IMG/VR virus record: IMGVR_UViG_3300032007_000015
DNA: 64,000 nucleotides
DNA from: a virus
Lineage: Duplodnaviria > Caudoviricetes
Direction: 5' to 3' (one strand)
A model generated the notes under the pieces. The model made no database searches. It was given only the letters and a program-made list of their open reading frames with translations, and had not been told where the DNA came from. Of the stretch, positions 10,034 to 21,009 are shown piece by piece. Positions within the stretch are counted from its first letter, which is position 1. The number at the start of each line of letters is the position of its first letter. The position numbers and the translations under genes are program-made.

Positions 10034-13000
10034 ATGAAAATAGAAATTTTTGATACTAAGCTCTTTATAGATTTAAATAATCTAAAAGAGGTATCATCTC
10101 CCGTACTTTTTCAACGAGGAGATGTACCTGATCCTAAAGGTTTAATATCAAATGATATATTTGGTGTAAGTGTTCGTTCAAGAAAAGAAACATTTGCATA
10201 TATAAAATTAAATGGTCATTTTTTTAATCCTCACGTATATAAAGCTTTTAAACGTTTATGGAGAAATGTTGAAAGAGTTATAAATGGTGCAGAATATTAT
10301 ATAATAAATCAAGATGGTACTCTTATTAAAGATGATAATGGAGAAACTGGAATAAATTTCCTATATAAGAATTGGGAACGTATAAATTGGGAACGTTCAT
10401 TAGATCCTGCAAGTATAAGAAATGAACGTATTGATTTATTAACAAAATCAAAAAAGAATGAAGTTTTTACTGAATATCAAATAGTTATTCCTGCTTTTTA
10501 TCGTGATATTATGCAGAATCAAAAAGGTGGCGGAGAAACTGATAAGTTAAATCCAATGTATTCAAATCTGATTCGTATGGCAAAAATGTTAAAAGAAAGT
10601 GATATGTTTGATTTTAGTATGTATTCAACTGTCTATAATATGCAAAATATTATGGTTGATATATATGATTATTTTAAAGATAAGTTAGATGGTAAAAATG
10701 GATTAATAAGAAAATTCTTATTAGGTAAAAATGTTGATTATTGTACTAGAACTGTTATTACTTCTCCAATATTTCATTCTAATAGACCTAGCGATATGAA
10801 TGTATCTATGAGGTATGCTGGTGTACCTCTACCACAAGCTTTATCATTATGCTATCCATATGTTGTACAATGGCTTAGAACATTTTTTGATAATAATTTT
10901 AATGATTATAAAACAGGTATTCCTGTTTATGATAGACAAACAAAACGTATAGTTGATAGTATACCGATAAAAAATCCAGAATCATATTTTAATGAAAAAT
11001 TTATCAAAAATATGGTTGATAGATATATTGATGATCCTGAATATAGATTTGAACCAATTAAATTACCAACAGAAAGTGATAAGCAATATTATTTAACATT
11101 CACTGGTAAATATTTAACTCCCGGTGTTCCTGCTGAACATTCAAGCATTTCAAATAGATATTTAACAGTAACAGATTTACTTTATATTTGTGCTTCTGAT
11201 ATTGTAAAGGATAAACACGTATTGGTTACACGTTATCCTGTAACTGATTTATATGGTGTATTTATTGCTAGAATACATTTAATTTCGACATTAAAAACTG
11301 ACGTTGTAAAAATTAATGAAACTTTATATAAAGAATATCCTCATGTTGAAATTGGATGTGAGCCTGAAAAAATTGCAACTAGATTTATTGATAGTATGCA
11401 ATTTTCAAATGCTTATCTTGAAGGACTTGTTGGTGATTATGATGGTGACCAAATAACATCTAAGATAATTTGGTCACAAGAAGCAAATAATGAATGTGAA
11501 AAAGTTATGAATAATGTATCGTATTTTATAACTCCTCAAGGTAAAAATATAAGAGTAATTGGTGCTGAAGCAATTCAGACGTTCTATACAATGACAAAAG
11601 ATCCACTACAAAATTCAAAAACATTATTACGAGCAGATGTAGAGAAGTTTTTAAATATGAAACCCGAAGATTTAACATTTGATAAACTTGTTGATATCTT
11701 TGGCGATAAAACAAATGATAAGGTTAATGTTATAAAATCTAAATATTCACCAACTGATAAGATGATTTTAGAATCTAAAGATTATATCAATAAATCAAGA
11801 ATTGAAACAACTTTAGGTAGATTTATATTTACTAAAATACTTATAGAAGGATGTGACTTATCTGATATAATTGGATATGTTAATGAAAACTTAACAGAAG
11901 ATAAATTTAAAGCTATTGAGTCAAAGATATCTACCGCTTGCAGAGAAGGTAAATATTCTGTTGATAATATGTATAAATATATTGATACTAGAGACTGGTT
12001 AGGTTTACAATTACATTCAGTAATTACAACATCATTTACCGAAAAAGTAACAAAAATTCATCCTGAAGTAAAAAAATTAAAAGATGAATTATTTAAAAAA
12101 TATCATACTGAACTTGAAAATGGAGATTATAAAGTTGCAGAAATGATAGAAAACGAATTAGTTGCTAAAACTAAAGAATTACTAAAAGACGATCCTGGAT
12201 TGGATTTATATATTTCAGGTGCAAGAGGTTCCGTCGGTAATAATATGAAAAATATGTTATTAATGAGAGGAGCCGTTCTTAATTCAGTAACCGGAAAATA
12301 TGAAATTGTTAAATCTGCATTAAATGATGGTATGGAAAAAAGTGAAATACCAATGTCGTCTGATACAATTGTTCAAGGTGCATATTCTAAAGCTTGTGGA
12401 ACCGCTGATAGTGGATATTTAGCAAAGCAATTACTTGCTGGTATGCAGACAGAAGTTGTTGATGAAGAGGGTTCTGATTGCGGAACTAATAAAACACTTC
12501 ATATTCATTTAACGAAAAAATTGATATCTCATTTTACTTATCGAAATATCAAAGAAGGAAATAATATTAAATTATTAACACCAGAAAATATAAATGAATA
12601 TGTTGGAAAAGATATTGATGTATATTCTCCAATGTATTGCTGTGGTGATAAATTATGTAGAAAGTGTGTTGGAAAATATCCAAATAAGTTTATCGGTCTT
12701 GATGCTTCTAAGATTGCAACAACACTTACTAACTTAAATATGAAAAAATTCCATGATAACGTAATTAGAACTACATCATTTGATCCAAAACGTTTATTAA
12801 TGATTAATAAAAAAGATATATTTAAATCAGAAAAAAATGATATAATTCTCACAGATAAATATTGTGAGTTTTATATACCTAAAAATTATTTTGATGATTC
12901 AAATAAGTTTTCTGAAGATTATGGTAAAACCATTCATACTATAGGTATTTTTAATGTCGGTATTTTTAATGATGGAAAACTTTCATATATTGATACGTTG

Positions 13001-13540
13001 GAACTTCCTTCATGGATTGATATATATAGATATGAATCCGAAGAACGAAACATTAATTTACCTGGTTCTCCTAATACACCTTGTTATGTATATAAATACT
13101 TTAATGGTAATCCTGTGTTTGCTAATTCACTAATTATAGATATTTTAAATGCAGAAATTTTCTTAAGATTAGTTACAAAAGGTAAACTACCTACATCTAT
13201 ACCTTATTCTAAATCTATAGAAATGTGGTTAAAGAATATGGAAATAGCAGAAGTAAACTTTGGTGTTCCTTCAGTCGTACATGAAATGATTTTGGGAATT
13301 TCATATAGAGATAAAAATGATGTTACACGTAAATTTGCTAAAGTAATAGGTATGCCAGGTTCAAAAGTATCTGAATATGATTATGTAATGGCTAGCATCC
13401 GACAGATTTGTCAGTTTACAAATACATTTACTGCAGTAACATTTGAAGATATTGATACTATGATTACAGCAAGTATTAATAGAGAAAGAGAAAATAAACC
13501 AGAAACAAAATCTCCTGTTGAAGAGTTATTTAGAATGTAA
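10034..13540 (+). CDS. rpoC: Multisubunit RNA polymerase beta'-like subunit, unsplit (probably virion RNAP)
   Basis: GLISNDIFG, GLIRKFLLGKNVDYCTRTVI, RYP, catalytic GDYDGDQ, SGARG, TADSGYLAKQL, SDCGT, SPMYC..LCRKC, NMKKFH; GAAGGTG RBS; AACA-N6-TA at 10000-10011. Confidence 0.92.
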   Translation: MKIEIFDTKLFIDLNNLKEVSSPVLFQRGDVPDPKGLISNDIFGVSVRSRKETFAYIKLNGHFFNPHVYKAFKRLWRNVERVINGAEYYIINQDGTLIKDDNGETGINFLYKNWERINWERSLDPASIRNERIDLLTKSKKNEVFTEYQIVIPAFYRDIMQNQKGGGETDKLNPMYSNLIRMAKMLKESDMFDFSMYSTVYNMQNIMVDIYDYFKDKLDGKNGLIRKFLLGKNVDYCTRTVITSPIFHSNRPSDMNVSMRYAGVPLPQALSLCYPYVVQWLRTFFDNNFNDYKTGIPVYDRQTKRIVDSIPIKNPESYFNEKFIKNMVDRYIDDPEYRFEPIKLPTESDKQYYLTFTGKYLTPGVPAEHSSISNRYLTVTDLLYICASDIVKDKHVLVTRYPVTDLYGVFIARIHLISTLKTDVVKINETLYKEYPHVEIGCEPEKIATRFIDSMQFSNAYLEGLVGDYDGDQITSKIIWSQEANNECEKVMNNVSYFITPQGKNIRVIGAEAIQTFYTMTKDPLQNSKTLLRADVEKFLNMKPEDLTFDKLVDIFGDKTNDKVNVIKSKYSPTDKMILESKDYINKSRIETTLGRFIFTKILIEGCDLSDIIGYVNENLTEDKFKAIESKISTACREGKYSVDNMYKYIDTRDWLGLQLHSVITTSFTEKVTKIHPEVKKLKDELFKKYHTELENGDYKVAEMIENELVAKTKELLKDDPGLDLYISGARGSVGNNMKNMLLMRGAVLNSVTGKYEIVKSALNDGMEKSEIPMSSDTIVQGAYSKACGTADSGYLAKQLLAGMQTEVVDEEGSDCGTNKTLHIHLTKKLISHFTYRNIKEGNNIKLLTPENINEYVGKDIDVYSPMYCCGDKLCRKCVGKYPNKFIGLDASKIATTLTNLNMKKFHDNVIRTTSFDPKRLLMINKKDIFKSEKNDIILTDKYCEFYIPKNYFDDSNKFSEDYGKTIHTIGIFNVGIFNDGKLSYIDTLELPSWIDIYRYESEERNINLPGSPNTPCYVYKYFNGNPVFANSLIIDILNAEIFLRLVTKGKLPTSIPYSKSIEMWLKNMEIAEVNFGVPSVVHEMILGISYRDKNDVTRKFAKVIGMPGSKVSEYDYVMASIRQICQFTNTFTAVTFEDIDTMITASINRERENKPETKSPVEELFRM

Positions 13541-13560
13541 TAGAAAGGAAGTATTAAAGA

Positions 13561-14307
13561 ATGAAATTTTTTAATGAAAATACTGTAAATGATTTATTCT
13601 TCATTACAGAAAATAAATTTATTTCTTCACTATATACAAATAATGCAGTCTTTACTGAAACTTCTATTTACGATATTGGTAAAGCAATTAGTGAATATAT
13701 ACAGAAAGTAATAAATGATTTAAAAGCATTTACTAAGCATATAAAAAGTGATATCATTTCACTTGCACGTAGAAGAGAAACATTTACTAAATTAAAACAA
13801 TTAAAAAAAGAATTACAAGAGCAAAAAGACTTAGGAAAAACACAAGTATTAATATTTGATTATGAAAAATATGCTAAAGAATATAACAAAATGGTTATGA
13901 GTAGTGTAAAAGAATTATCGTCATTATTAAGAAAAAGATACACTTCTAAAGGTGATATTGAAAATGAAATGTATAAATTTGAACGTAAAATGGAAGAACG
14001 TGAAAATGATTTAGATATTATTCTTAATACAAAAGTAACAAAGAATATTAACGATGCAATCACATATGTAGAAGAAAATCTTAACGGAACCATATCTATT
14101 GAAAAAACATTACTTGATGCAATACATGAAATGGATAGATTAAAAATCGAATCAGAAAGGATTTTTAAGAACATAAGATTAAGTGAAGAAAATGAAATAC
14201 GTTCTACATACACTGGATGTATAAGAAGATCTGTTACTCGTTTAAGCAGGTCTTTTACAAGATCGTTTAAAAAGTTTGTAGTGCGTTCAATTTGTTTATT
14301 CGCTTAA
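13561..14307 (+). CDS. Putative internal head protein
   Basis: N-terminal FNE/ITE/FTE sites followed by helical segments; co-transcribed with the RNAP gene. Confidence 0.4.
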   Translation: MKFFNENTVNDLFFITENKFISSLYTNNAVFTETSIYDIGKAISEYIQKVINDLKAFTKHIKSDIISLARRRETFTKLKQLKKELQEQKDLGKTQVLIFDYEKYAKEYNKMVMSSVKELSSLLRKRYTSKGDIENEMYKFERKMEERENDLDIILNTKVTKNINDAITYVEENLNGTISIEKTLLDAIHEMDRLKIESERIFKNIRLSEENEIRSTYTGCIRRSVTRLSRSFTRSFKKFVVRSICLFA

Positions 14308-14402
14308 AAATCTTTTTTCTTTTTCCTTTTTATATATATATTATGGATATGATAGTATTCGTTAAAGAAGAGAACTAGGTTAATCCCTAGTTCTCTTCTT
14401 TA

Positions 14403-14738
14403 CTACTCTGTAGTATCTTTTGCAGTCTCTTCTGTTGAATTTGTAGTCTCTTCTGATGGAGCAATATATCTATCAGATGATAAATCAAGTTCTTTCACGA
14501 TATATATTCTACGATTATTATCTGGATCCAAATAATCTTTATGAAGTGCATAAACTTTTCCTTTTAATACTATAGAAGTTGTTCCTTTATCAAATCCAGT
14601 TGCAAAGTCTGTTGTAAATGTATAGTCTAATTCAATCCATCTGTCTTGATTTTCCATTGCAAACTTATAACCTAAATTCATACCGTTTTGAGCTTCAGCT
14701 CTAGATACTGGAACCATAATATGTTTTACATCTGCCAT
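14403..14738 (-). CDS. Hypothetical late protein
   Basis: 111 aa, AAAGGAG RBS, AACA-N6-TA at 14776-14787 (-). Confidence 0.75.
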   Translation of the reverse strand: MADVKHIMVPVSRAEAQNGMNLGYKFAMENQDRWIELDYTFTTDFATGFDKGTTSIVLKGKVYALHKDYLDPDNNRRIYIVKELDLSSDRYIAPSEETTNSTEETAKDTTE

Positions 14739-14866
14739 ACTTTTAGTTCTCCTTTCGTATTTATTTTATTCGATTTAACTATTTGTTTTTAAGTAAATTA
14801 AATAAAAAAGAACGAATATAGAAATTTTATATTCGTTCTTTTTAATTAAGTTATGAAAGAATCAGA

Positions 14867-15064
14867 TTATTCATCTGATTCCTCTTCTTCGAAGTCCTCC
14901 AATTCTTCCATAACTTTTTCTTTCACTGCTGCAGTAGTGATTTTCTTTTTTATTTTTTTTACAGGTCTATCAAGAAACCTGTATGTTTCGACTCCTGCTG
15001 TAACTCCTGCAACGACACCGACAATGATGTGTCGGATTTCAATTTTGCTTATAAGTATTCTCAT
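14867..15064 (-). CDS. Small membrane-associated accessory protein
   Basis: 65 aa, hydrophobic segment, basic then acidic tail; AAAGGGGG RBS. Confidence 0.65.
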   Translation of the reverse strand: MRILISKIEIRHIIVGVVAGVTAGVETYRFLDRPVKKIKKKITTAAVKEKVMEELEDFEEEESDE

Positions 15065-15066
15065 AA

Positions 15067-15279
15067 TTATTTACCCCCTTTCTTTTTCTTATTCCACCAA
15101 TGTTTTGGTGGTTCAGGTTCAGGAGAGACTTTGTTCTTTATACTCTTTCCTACTCTTTTGATATCTTCTTCAGCAGCTGCTGCACCACCTGCAGTTGCTT
15201 CAAATATCACCAAGCCTACTCCTAATGCTGTGGTGCCTTTTGCGAGGATTTCTAATCCTCTTTCTAATTTATTTCCCAT
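15067..15279 (-). CDS. Small membrane-associated accessory protein
   Basis: 70 aa, AAAGGAG RBS, preceded by conserved structured leader. Confidence 0.7.
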   Translation of the reverse strand: MGNKLERGLEILAKGTTALGVGLVIFEATAGGAAAAEEDIKRVGKSIKNKVSPEPEPPKHWWNKKKKGGK

Positions 15280-15351
15280 ATTAACTCCTTTCCCAACTAA
15301 TCATATGGAAATTAGTTGACGTAATTTTATTTTTTGGAAATTACGAAACCA
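15274..15351 (-). promoter_or_regulatory. Tandem-pseudoknot 5' leader RNA, copy 1
   Basis: TGG TTT CGTAAT TT CCA AAAAATAAA ATTACG T CAACTAAT TTCCATATG ATTAGTTG GGAAAGGAGTTAAT ATG. Confidence 0.7.
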
Positions 15352-15367
15352 GTAATTTTTTTCTTAT

Positions 15368-15394
15368 TCTCGGTTTATTGTCATGAGCTGGACA
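15368..15394 (-). ncRNA. Compact pseudoknot motif, copy B
   Basis: TGTC-CA-GCTC-AT-GACA-ATAAAC-C-GAGA. Confidence 0.6.
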
Positions 15395-15524
15395 GAATAA
15401 ATACTAATATATTTTTTATTTTATTCACCAAAATATTATATAATTATTATTACTATTTAATATCATTTTTAGGGTAAAAATATAGTATAGACTTATTATA
15501 GTCTATACTATATTTTCTTAATTA

Positions 15525-16694
15525 TTAATCTTTATAAATAAATGCTTTAAATGTATCAATGGCTCTTCCATATATACCAGCATAATCACTATCATCAACG
15601 ACCCATCCTAAATACTTGTCGGAACCTACTAATGATGCACTATATTTTACATGATATCCTGGCATATTAACAAGTCTACATTTAATACCATCTATCTTTC
15701 TACCAGAAATTCCAGCATAATCATTTAAATCAGTAACCCAAGGTAACCAAGATCCACCTATAGTATGAACTTGATACTGGATATGACCTGAAGATAAATG
15801 CATCTGTAATTCATCGATTGGTATATTTCTTGAACCTGCAAATCCATTTGCGTTTACATCGTTATAATTAGTTACTTCTGAATACCATTTCTTAGTATTA
15901 GCATTTCTAACACGATATATTACATTAGGCACACCATTTGATTTATTACTTGATGAAGATGGTGTCCAATTACCACGAATATCTCCATCATTACAATATG
16001 TGTTATATCCTTGTAAATGATATGGATTCTTACCTTCAACTATTTTATCAATAATAGCATTAATCCAAGGACTGCATCCCATAGCAGATGAATTTGGATC
16101 TGTAGGTCCTTTATAATGTGTTGAAACTGTTACACGTTCACCAACCTTATGAGCATGTGATGTTGTTTGTGTATTAGTTGCTTTATTTGAAGAGATCTCC
16201 GATTTGAATCTTAACCAAATTGAGTTATTGCTATTATTAGCACCCCAACCTGTCCATCCTGGACAAATCTTTCCGCAAACATCATAATGTCTAACAACAT
16301 TGCCTGCTGGAATATTATACTTTGCCATTAAGATTTTTGTAAGCTCTACAGTATTTTTGAATGTTGCTTCAGAAACAGCACCATTTGTTCCACACATTTC
16401 AATACCAATAGAATTATTATTTGTACATTTACCCCATAAAGGAGCAGTACCATGTGAATAATCTACACCACAATGTCCAGCACGGTCTGTATCTTTTACA
16501 CATTGAACAGCACCAGTTCCATCAACAAACCAATTGGCAGATGCGTTTCTATTAACATTTTCAAAATATTTACAATTATTAATAGCTGTATCTGTTCTGT
16601 TTGCTGTATAATGAATTACAATATATTCATTCTTTTTATTTGTCATTGGTGTATAGTTGACTTTAGTAAGTCTTGTACTAATATTAAGTGACAT
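15525..16694 (-). CDS. N-acetylmuramoyl-L-alanine amidase (Amidase_2) endolysin with clostridial W-type cell-wall-binding repeats
   Basis: YIVIHYTAN, ASANWFVD, NNNSIGIEMC, VVRHYDVCGKICPG; three C-terminal Y.V.....W..WV....DYAG..G..ID-type repeats. Confidence 0.9.
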   Translation of the reverse strand: MSLNISTRLTKVNYTPMTNKKNEYIVIHYTANRTDTAINNCKYFENVNRNASANWFVDGTGAVQCVKDTDRAGHCGVDYSHGTAPLWGKCTNNNSIGIEMCGTNGAVSEATFKNTVELTKILMAKYNIPAGNVVRHYDVCGKICPGWTGWGANNSNNSIWLRFKSEISSNKATNTQTTSHAHKVGERVTVSTHYKGPTDPNSSAMGCSPWINAIIDKIVEGKNPYHLQGYNTYCNDGDIRGNWTPSSSSNKSNGVPNVIYRVRNANTKKWYSEVTNYNDVNANGFAGSRNIPIDELQMHLSSGHIQYQVHTIGGSWLPWVTDLNDYAGISGRKIDGIKCRLVNMPGYHVKYSASLVGSDKYLGWVVDDSDYAGIYGRAIDTFKAFIYKD

Positions 16695-16790
16695 AATAAT
16701 TACCACCTTTCTTTATTATTTTAAAGTATAGTTAAAATAATAAAGAAAAAAAAGATGGATAAATTAAAATAACTTATCCATCTTTTGTAA

Positions 16791-17213
16791 TTATTCAAGT
16801 TCTAATTCTGAATATAGAATTAGTTCTTGCTCATATAATATCTTACAATATTCTCGTATATTTATATAATCTTTCTTTCTCTTTAGAATATCAATTTCAT
16901 TATGAATATTATTACTTCGCTGAAGATGAGAAGTTTCATTATCATAATATTTAGATATTCTCTTTAAAATATCAAGATAATTTTTATTAATTGTATTATT
17001 TTCATACATATATTTTAAATCACTATATATCGGTGTATCTATAAATATATCTATTAATTTATCATATGTCTTTTTAATGAGATTATCTAACATTTCATCT
17101 TTTTTACTTGATGAAGAATATTCTATTGTAGTTGCAAGTTTATATAAATTAGATGTTGATTTATGAATATCTGATTGATATTTATTATATTCTTCAGATT
17201 TTTTATACTTCAT
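16791..17213 (-). CDS. Hypothetical protein
   Basis: 140 aa ORF in minus-strand accessory cluster. Confidence 0.7.
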   Translation of the reverse strand: MKYKKSEEYNKYQSDIHKSTSNLYKLATTIEYSSSSKKDEMLDNLIKKTYDKLIDIFIDTPIYSDLKYMYENNTINKNYLDILKRISKYYDNETSHLQRSNNIHNEIDILKRKKDYINIREYCKILYEQELILYSELELE

Positions 17214-17231
17214 ATTCGTTGCACTCCATTT

Positions 17232-17675
17232 TTATTTTAGAAATGAATCAAAACTGTTATCTCTAAATCTATATTTATTTATATAATGACCTTTCCGATT
17301 AAAGGTGTGAATTTTCTCAGGTAATAACACATCTTCAGTCGTCATAAGTCTTTTAGAATATGAACCAAGATATTTCCTTCTCTCGTCAATCTTCCCTAAT
17401 ATTTCACTTGCTGTTTCACCATCTAGATATAATCTTTCAAATATTAATTGTAACGCATCAACTAATTTATCGGTATCAACAACTTCGCCAACAAGTGCTT
17501 GGTTTATATTAAACTTTATAGAGGCATTTAATTTATGCCTCCATTGATATTCACCTGTTTCTTTTTTAGATTTGACTTTAGAAACTGCATATCCTATATC
17601 ATATCCTAATTTTTCACATTCTTCAACTATGTTATCTCTAACAAGTTGATTCTTAGGCATTACATATTGTTCCAT
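17232..17675 (-). CDS. Degenerate MazG/PRA-PH-like NTP pyrophosphohydrolase
   Basis: QLVRDNI (cf. KLVRDKI), KLVDAL, ERRKYLGSYSKRL (cf. K..ERGGF..RI); acidic metal-binding residues absent. Confidence 0.45.
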   Translation of the reverse strand: MEQYVMPKNQLVRDNIVEECEKLGYDIGYAVSKVKSKKETGEYQWRHKLNASIKFNINQALVGEVVDTDKLVDALQLIFERLYLDGETASEILGKIDERRKYLGSYSKRLMTTEDVLLPEKIHTFNRKGHYINKYRFRDNSFDSFLK

Positions 17676-18578
17676 TTATTCGTTTCCTTCTTTTTCAATA
17701 ATTTTAAAATTTCTAGAGCTGATTGCTATAGCATCTTTATATTTCTTTGTTTTAGAATCATATAATAATTTAATACAATCTTCATCATTTACTGGAATAA
17801 CAATCTTATCCAATTCATCATTCTTAAAGATTTCAGATTTATTAGAATCAGATATTTCTTTAAGCATTCCAATATGTTTATTTGATGTATATTCTATTAT
17901 AAATATACGTTTACCATTTTTTATATTTTGTAGACATTCATTATATAATTCATCTGAAAAGTCTAACAATCTGCATTTAATATGACGAATTTCTGCATAT
18001 GTTATATCATCAGATATACCATCATTTTCATCATGCATCTGATTTACAGATTCTATACTACCTACTTCCGGAAATTCATCATCATCTTCTTTATCTTCAA
18101 TCACCTCATATTTTCTAGGTGATTCAAAAACTACATCAGACAATGCATTATTATGCTTTATAAAATCTGAAATATTAAGACATCTAAACATATTTTTATT
18201 TCTTAATACTAAATTGAATAATCCCATTAACTCATCAAAAACATCGTCATGAGTTGGATCACCAATTATTTTCTCTAAATCTGATTTCTTATTATATACC
18301 ATTAAAATATTTTTTATTTTTTCTTCAGTTCTATTTTTTAATCTTTTTGATGAATCTTTATATTTGAATCTGCTTACATAGTAATCTGCTTCAATCTGTA
18401 ATTTATTCATCATATCATTGAATTCAGCATTTATTTTCTTTATACTAAATCCTCTTCTATCTGATTTGGTAAGAGGTATTAAAAGCACCTGTGTATTTTC
18501 ATAATATGCTTCATAACCTTCTAATTCATTTACGAGTTTTTCTAATTCAAGTTCTTTTGCGTCAATAATATTTATCAT
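17676..18578 (-). CDS. Hypothetical protein
   Basis: 300 aa ORF, AAGGAG RBS. Confidence 0.75.
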   Translation of the reverse strand: MINIIDAKELELEKLVNELEGYEAYYENTQVLLIPLTKSDRRGFSIKKINAEFNDMMNKLQIEADYYVSRFKYKDSSKRLKNRTEEKIKNILMVYNKKSDLEKIIGDPTHDDVFDELMGLFNLVLRNKNMFRCLNISDFIKHNNALSDVVFESPRKYEVIEDKEDDDEFPEVGSIESVNQMHDENDGISDDITYAEIRHIKCRLLDFSDELYNECLQNIKNGKRIFIIEYTSNKHIGMLKEISDSNKSEIFKNDELDKIVIPVNDEDCIKLLYDSKTKKYKDAIAISSRNFKIIEKEGNE

Positions 18579-18595
18579 AATATTTTTCTCCTTTT

Positions 18596-19228
18596 CTATT
18601 TATTATTATATGGTGATAAGTTTGTATCTCTTTTTAAAATATATGAATTATTTTTATAATTTCGTATTATATAATAAAATGCATTATTATTAAAATAATA
18701 TTCTGAATTATCAACGAAATCTTTTATTTTTTCATATGTGCCTTCATTATTTTTTATATGTGAAAACTTATGTGATAAATTATCATTAAAATTTTCATCA
18801 TATACTGTAATTGGAATAAATTCCAAATTATTATACATCCATAATAATTTATTATAATCATTTAGTTTCATAAATTCAGAAGGATCATATCCTTCATAAA
18901 ATGATTCATCATAAATCATGTGTGGATATATCATTTTAATCTTTTCCAGTCTCATATCAAAACCTAATACAAATGATAAATCATCAATATCTTCATACAT
19001 TATCAAACGATTAATATTGTCTTTTAAAAAGATATATGAATCAATATCCATAAAATATTTATTATCATTTATAATATTTGATATAATATCATAGTTATAT
19101 TTTTCTTTGTACAACTTAATCTTTTTATTTATTTTTTCAATAAGATTTTTTTCTTGGTCTTCCCAAGTAGTATTTTTGGGAAGACCATTAAACAATCTAT
19201 GTGAAAAAGGTATTTCAATTTTATTCAT
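18596..19228 (-). CDS. Hypothetical protein
   Basis: 210 aa ORF, AAGGAG RBS. Confidence 0.75.
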   Translation of the reverse strand: MNKIEIPFSHRLFNGLPKNTTWEDQEKNLIEKINKKIKLYKEKYNYDIISNIINDNKYFMDIDSYIFLKDNINRLIMYEDIDDLSFVLGFDMRLEKIKMIYPHMIYDESFYEGYDPSEFMKLNDYNKLLWMYNNLEFIPITVYDENFNDNLSHKFSHIKNNEGTYEKIKDFVDNSEYYFNNNAFYYIIRNYKNNSYILKRDTNLSPYNNK

Positions 19229-19244
19229 ATGTGTTTCTCCTTCA

Positions 19245-19697
19245 CTAATTGTATATTATATCATCATTGTCATCATTTGAAATAATTTCTTTAATGCCAG
19301 TAACTATTACATTATCTGAATTAATCATATTTCCAAGATTTTCTGCATATTTTGTAACATAGAAATAATCTTTTGAACTTACAGGTATTATTATATTAAT
19401 ACCATTTATCATTGCATAAATATGATACTTCTTATTTTTGTTACTTATAAATTTTTTAGATGATAAACTAGTGAATTTTATATACACTTTATTACCATCT
19501 AAATTACCTTTAAACATCAATAAATTGTTTTTATATGCAACATCTCTGAATACTAATAAATCATATTCATCTTTGTTTTCAAGTAAGTATCTAAAGTTTC
19601 TTTGCTGCTCCTCATTATATTTTAAATATATTGATATTATCTCAAATATCTTAGATACTGATTTTTCATATATTTCGTCATTTAAATTATTTTTCAT
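19245..19697 (-). CDS. Hypothetical protein
   Basis: 150 aa ORF, AAGGAGG RBS. Confidence 0.75.
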   Translation of the reverse strand: MKNNLNDEIYEKSVSKIFEIISIYLKYNEEQQRNFRYLLENKDEYDLLVFRDVAYKNNLLMFKGNLDGNKVYIKFTSLSSKKFISNKNKKYHIYAMINGINIIIPVSSKDYFYVTKYAENLGNMINSDNVIVTGIKEIISNDDNDDIIYN

Positions 19698-19717
19698 TGG
19701 TTTTCCTCCTTTATTCT

Positions 19718-20404
19718 TTACAAGTTGAAGAAATGATTATATTCAAGTATTTTTTCAACTTCTTCAATAGTTATATTTTCGCATATGCTATTTGCTTTTT
19801 CAAATTCATTATGATTATATACTACTTTTGCATCGTAATGACTATTTTTGATTTTATTGACAATTAATGGAATAATCTCATTATAGTCTTTACCTTTAAA
19901 ATAGTAGTCTCTTGAATAATATATTCTTCCTATATATTTATTAATATCCAATCTATATGATTTATCACTATCCTTTAATATTGCAGAATATAGTGACGAT
20001 ACACTATCTTTATTATGTTCAATAATTACTTCTTGCATCATTGCAATAGTAAAATAATCATAATTTTTTGGATGTACTATAATTGAATTATGTTCTAACA
20101 TTACTGCAGAATTTTCAGCATGGTTTTTAATACCCATTATTCTTCCCAAATCATGATATGCTAAAATAATTGCTAATTTTTGTGAATCCAAATCGGTATC
20201 AGGTTCAGCTTCTTTAATTTTACAAAATGTTTTATATCCATAAATCAGAACATCTGAAAAATGTATATATGAATGTGCATAATCTAATGTAGTATACATT
20301 GATCCAATTGTTTTTAATGTTTCCTTAATATAACAATCATTACACATCTTATCTAAAACATAATCAACTGTAATTTTATCCTCTTTGTTTTTTTCGGTGT
20401 CCAT
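19718..20404 (-). CDS. HD-domain phosphohydrolase
   Basis: HSYIH, LAYHDLGR, NHAENSA, IIEH, LKDSDK. Confidence 0.8.
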   Translation of the reverse strand: MDTEKNKEDKITVDYVLDKMCNDCYIKETLKTIGSMYTTLDYAHSYIHFSDVLIYGYKTFCKIKEAEPDTDLDSQKLAIILAYHDLGRIMGIKNHAENSAVMLEHNSIIVHPKNYDYFTIAMMQEVIIEHNKDSVSSLYSAILKDSDKSYRLDINKYIGRIYYSRDYYFKGKDYNEIIPLIVNKIKNSHYDAKVVYNHNEFEKANSICENITIEEVEKILEYNHFFNL

Positions 20405-20422
20405 AATATTACCTCATTTTTC

Positions 20423-20725
20423 TTATTTTATTGCACGCGTTGGACGATTCATTTTTGATAAACCTGAGAAAATGTAATCAAGACTTTCTTTAGCTTTATT
20501 ATTAATCTCTTCAAGTTTTCTGATGTCAATAACATCAATTTCCAATTTAGAATTAATTTCGTCAATATATTTAAATAATTCCGTAATATCTTTAATATAA
20601 TTACCTCGTTCACAAGAGTTTGCAAAGCATCTATCTTCACATTCTATAACTCTTAAACCATTTATAATATTTATTAATTCCTCCTTAGATTTGTTCTTAT
20701 ATTCTTTATTAATTTTTTCCATCAT
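20423..20725 (-). CDS. Hypothetical protein
   Basis: 100 aa ORF with RBS. Confidence 0.65.
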   Translation of the reverse strand: MMEKINKEYKNKSKEELINIINGLRVIECEDRCFANSCERGNYIKDITELFKYIDEINSKLEIDVIDIRKLEEINNKAKESLDYIFSGLSKMNRPTRAIK

Positions 20726-20739
20726 AATATTTTTCCTCT

Positions 20740-21009
20740 CTATTCTATATCATTAATTCTTATATGACCCATATTCAATAAATATGACATATATATATTA
20801 TCATTTAAAGCTGCTATATATGATTCAAGTAAATCTCTATTCATATCTTTTAAATATGATATGTTATTTTTCATAATACTAAGTTCATCGCCTTGTTTAA
20901 TATTATTTCTCTTATCTTGAATCTTTAGAAAAACGTAGTAAGAATCATCAGGTTCTTCAAAATGATCTTTGGGATTTCCCAGAATTCTTTCTGGTCTGAT
21001 TTGTGCCAT
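20740..21009 (-). CDS. Hypothetical protein (overlaps upstream ORF by 85 nt)
   Basis: 89 aa ORF, no clear RBS. Confidence 0.5.
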   Translation of the reverse strand: MAQIRPERILGNPKDHFEEPDDSYYVFLKIQDKRNNIKQGDELSIMKNNISYLKDMNRDLLESYIAALNDNIYMSYLLNMGHIRINDIE

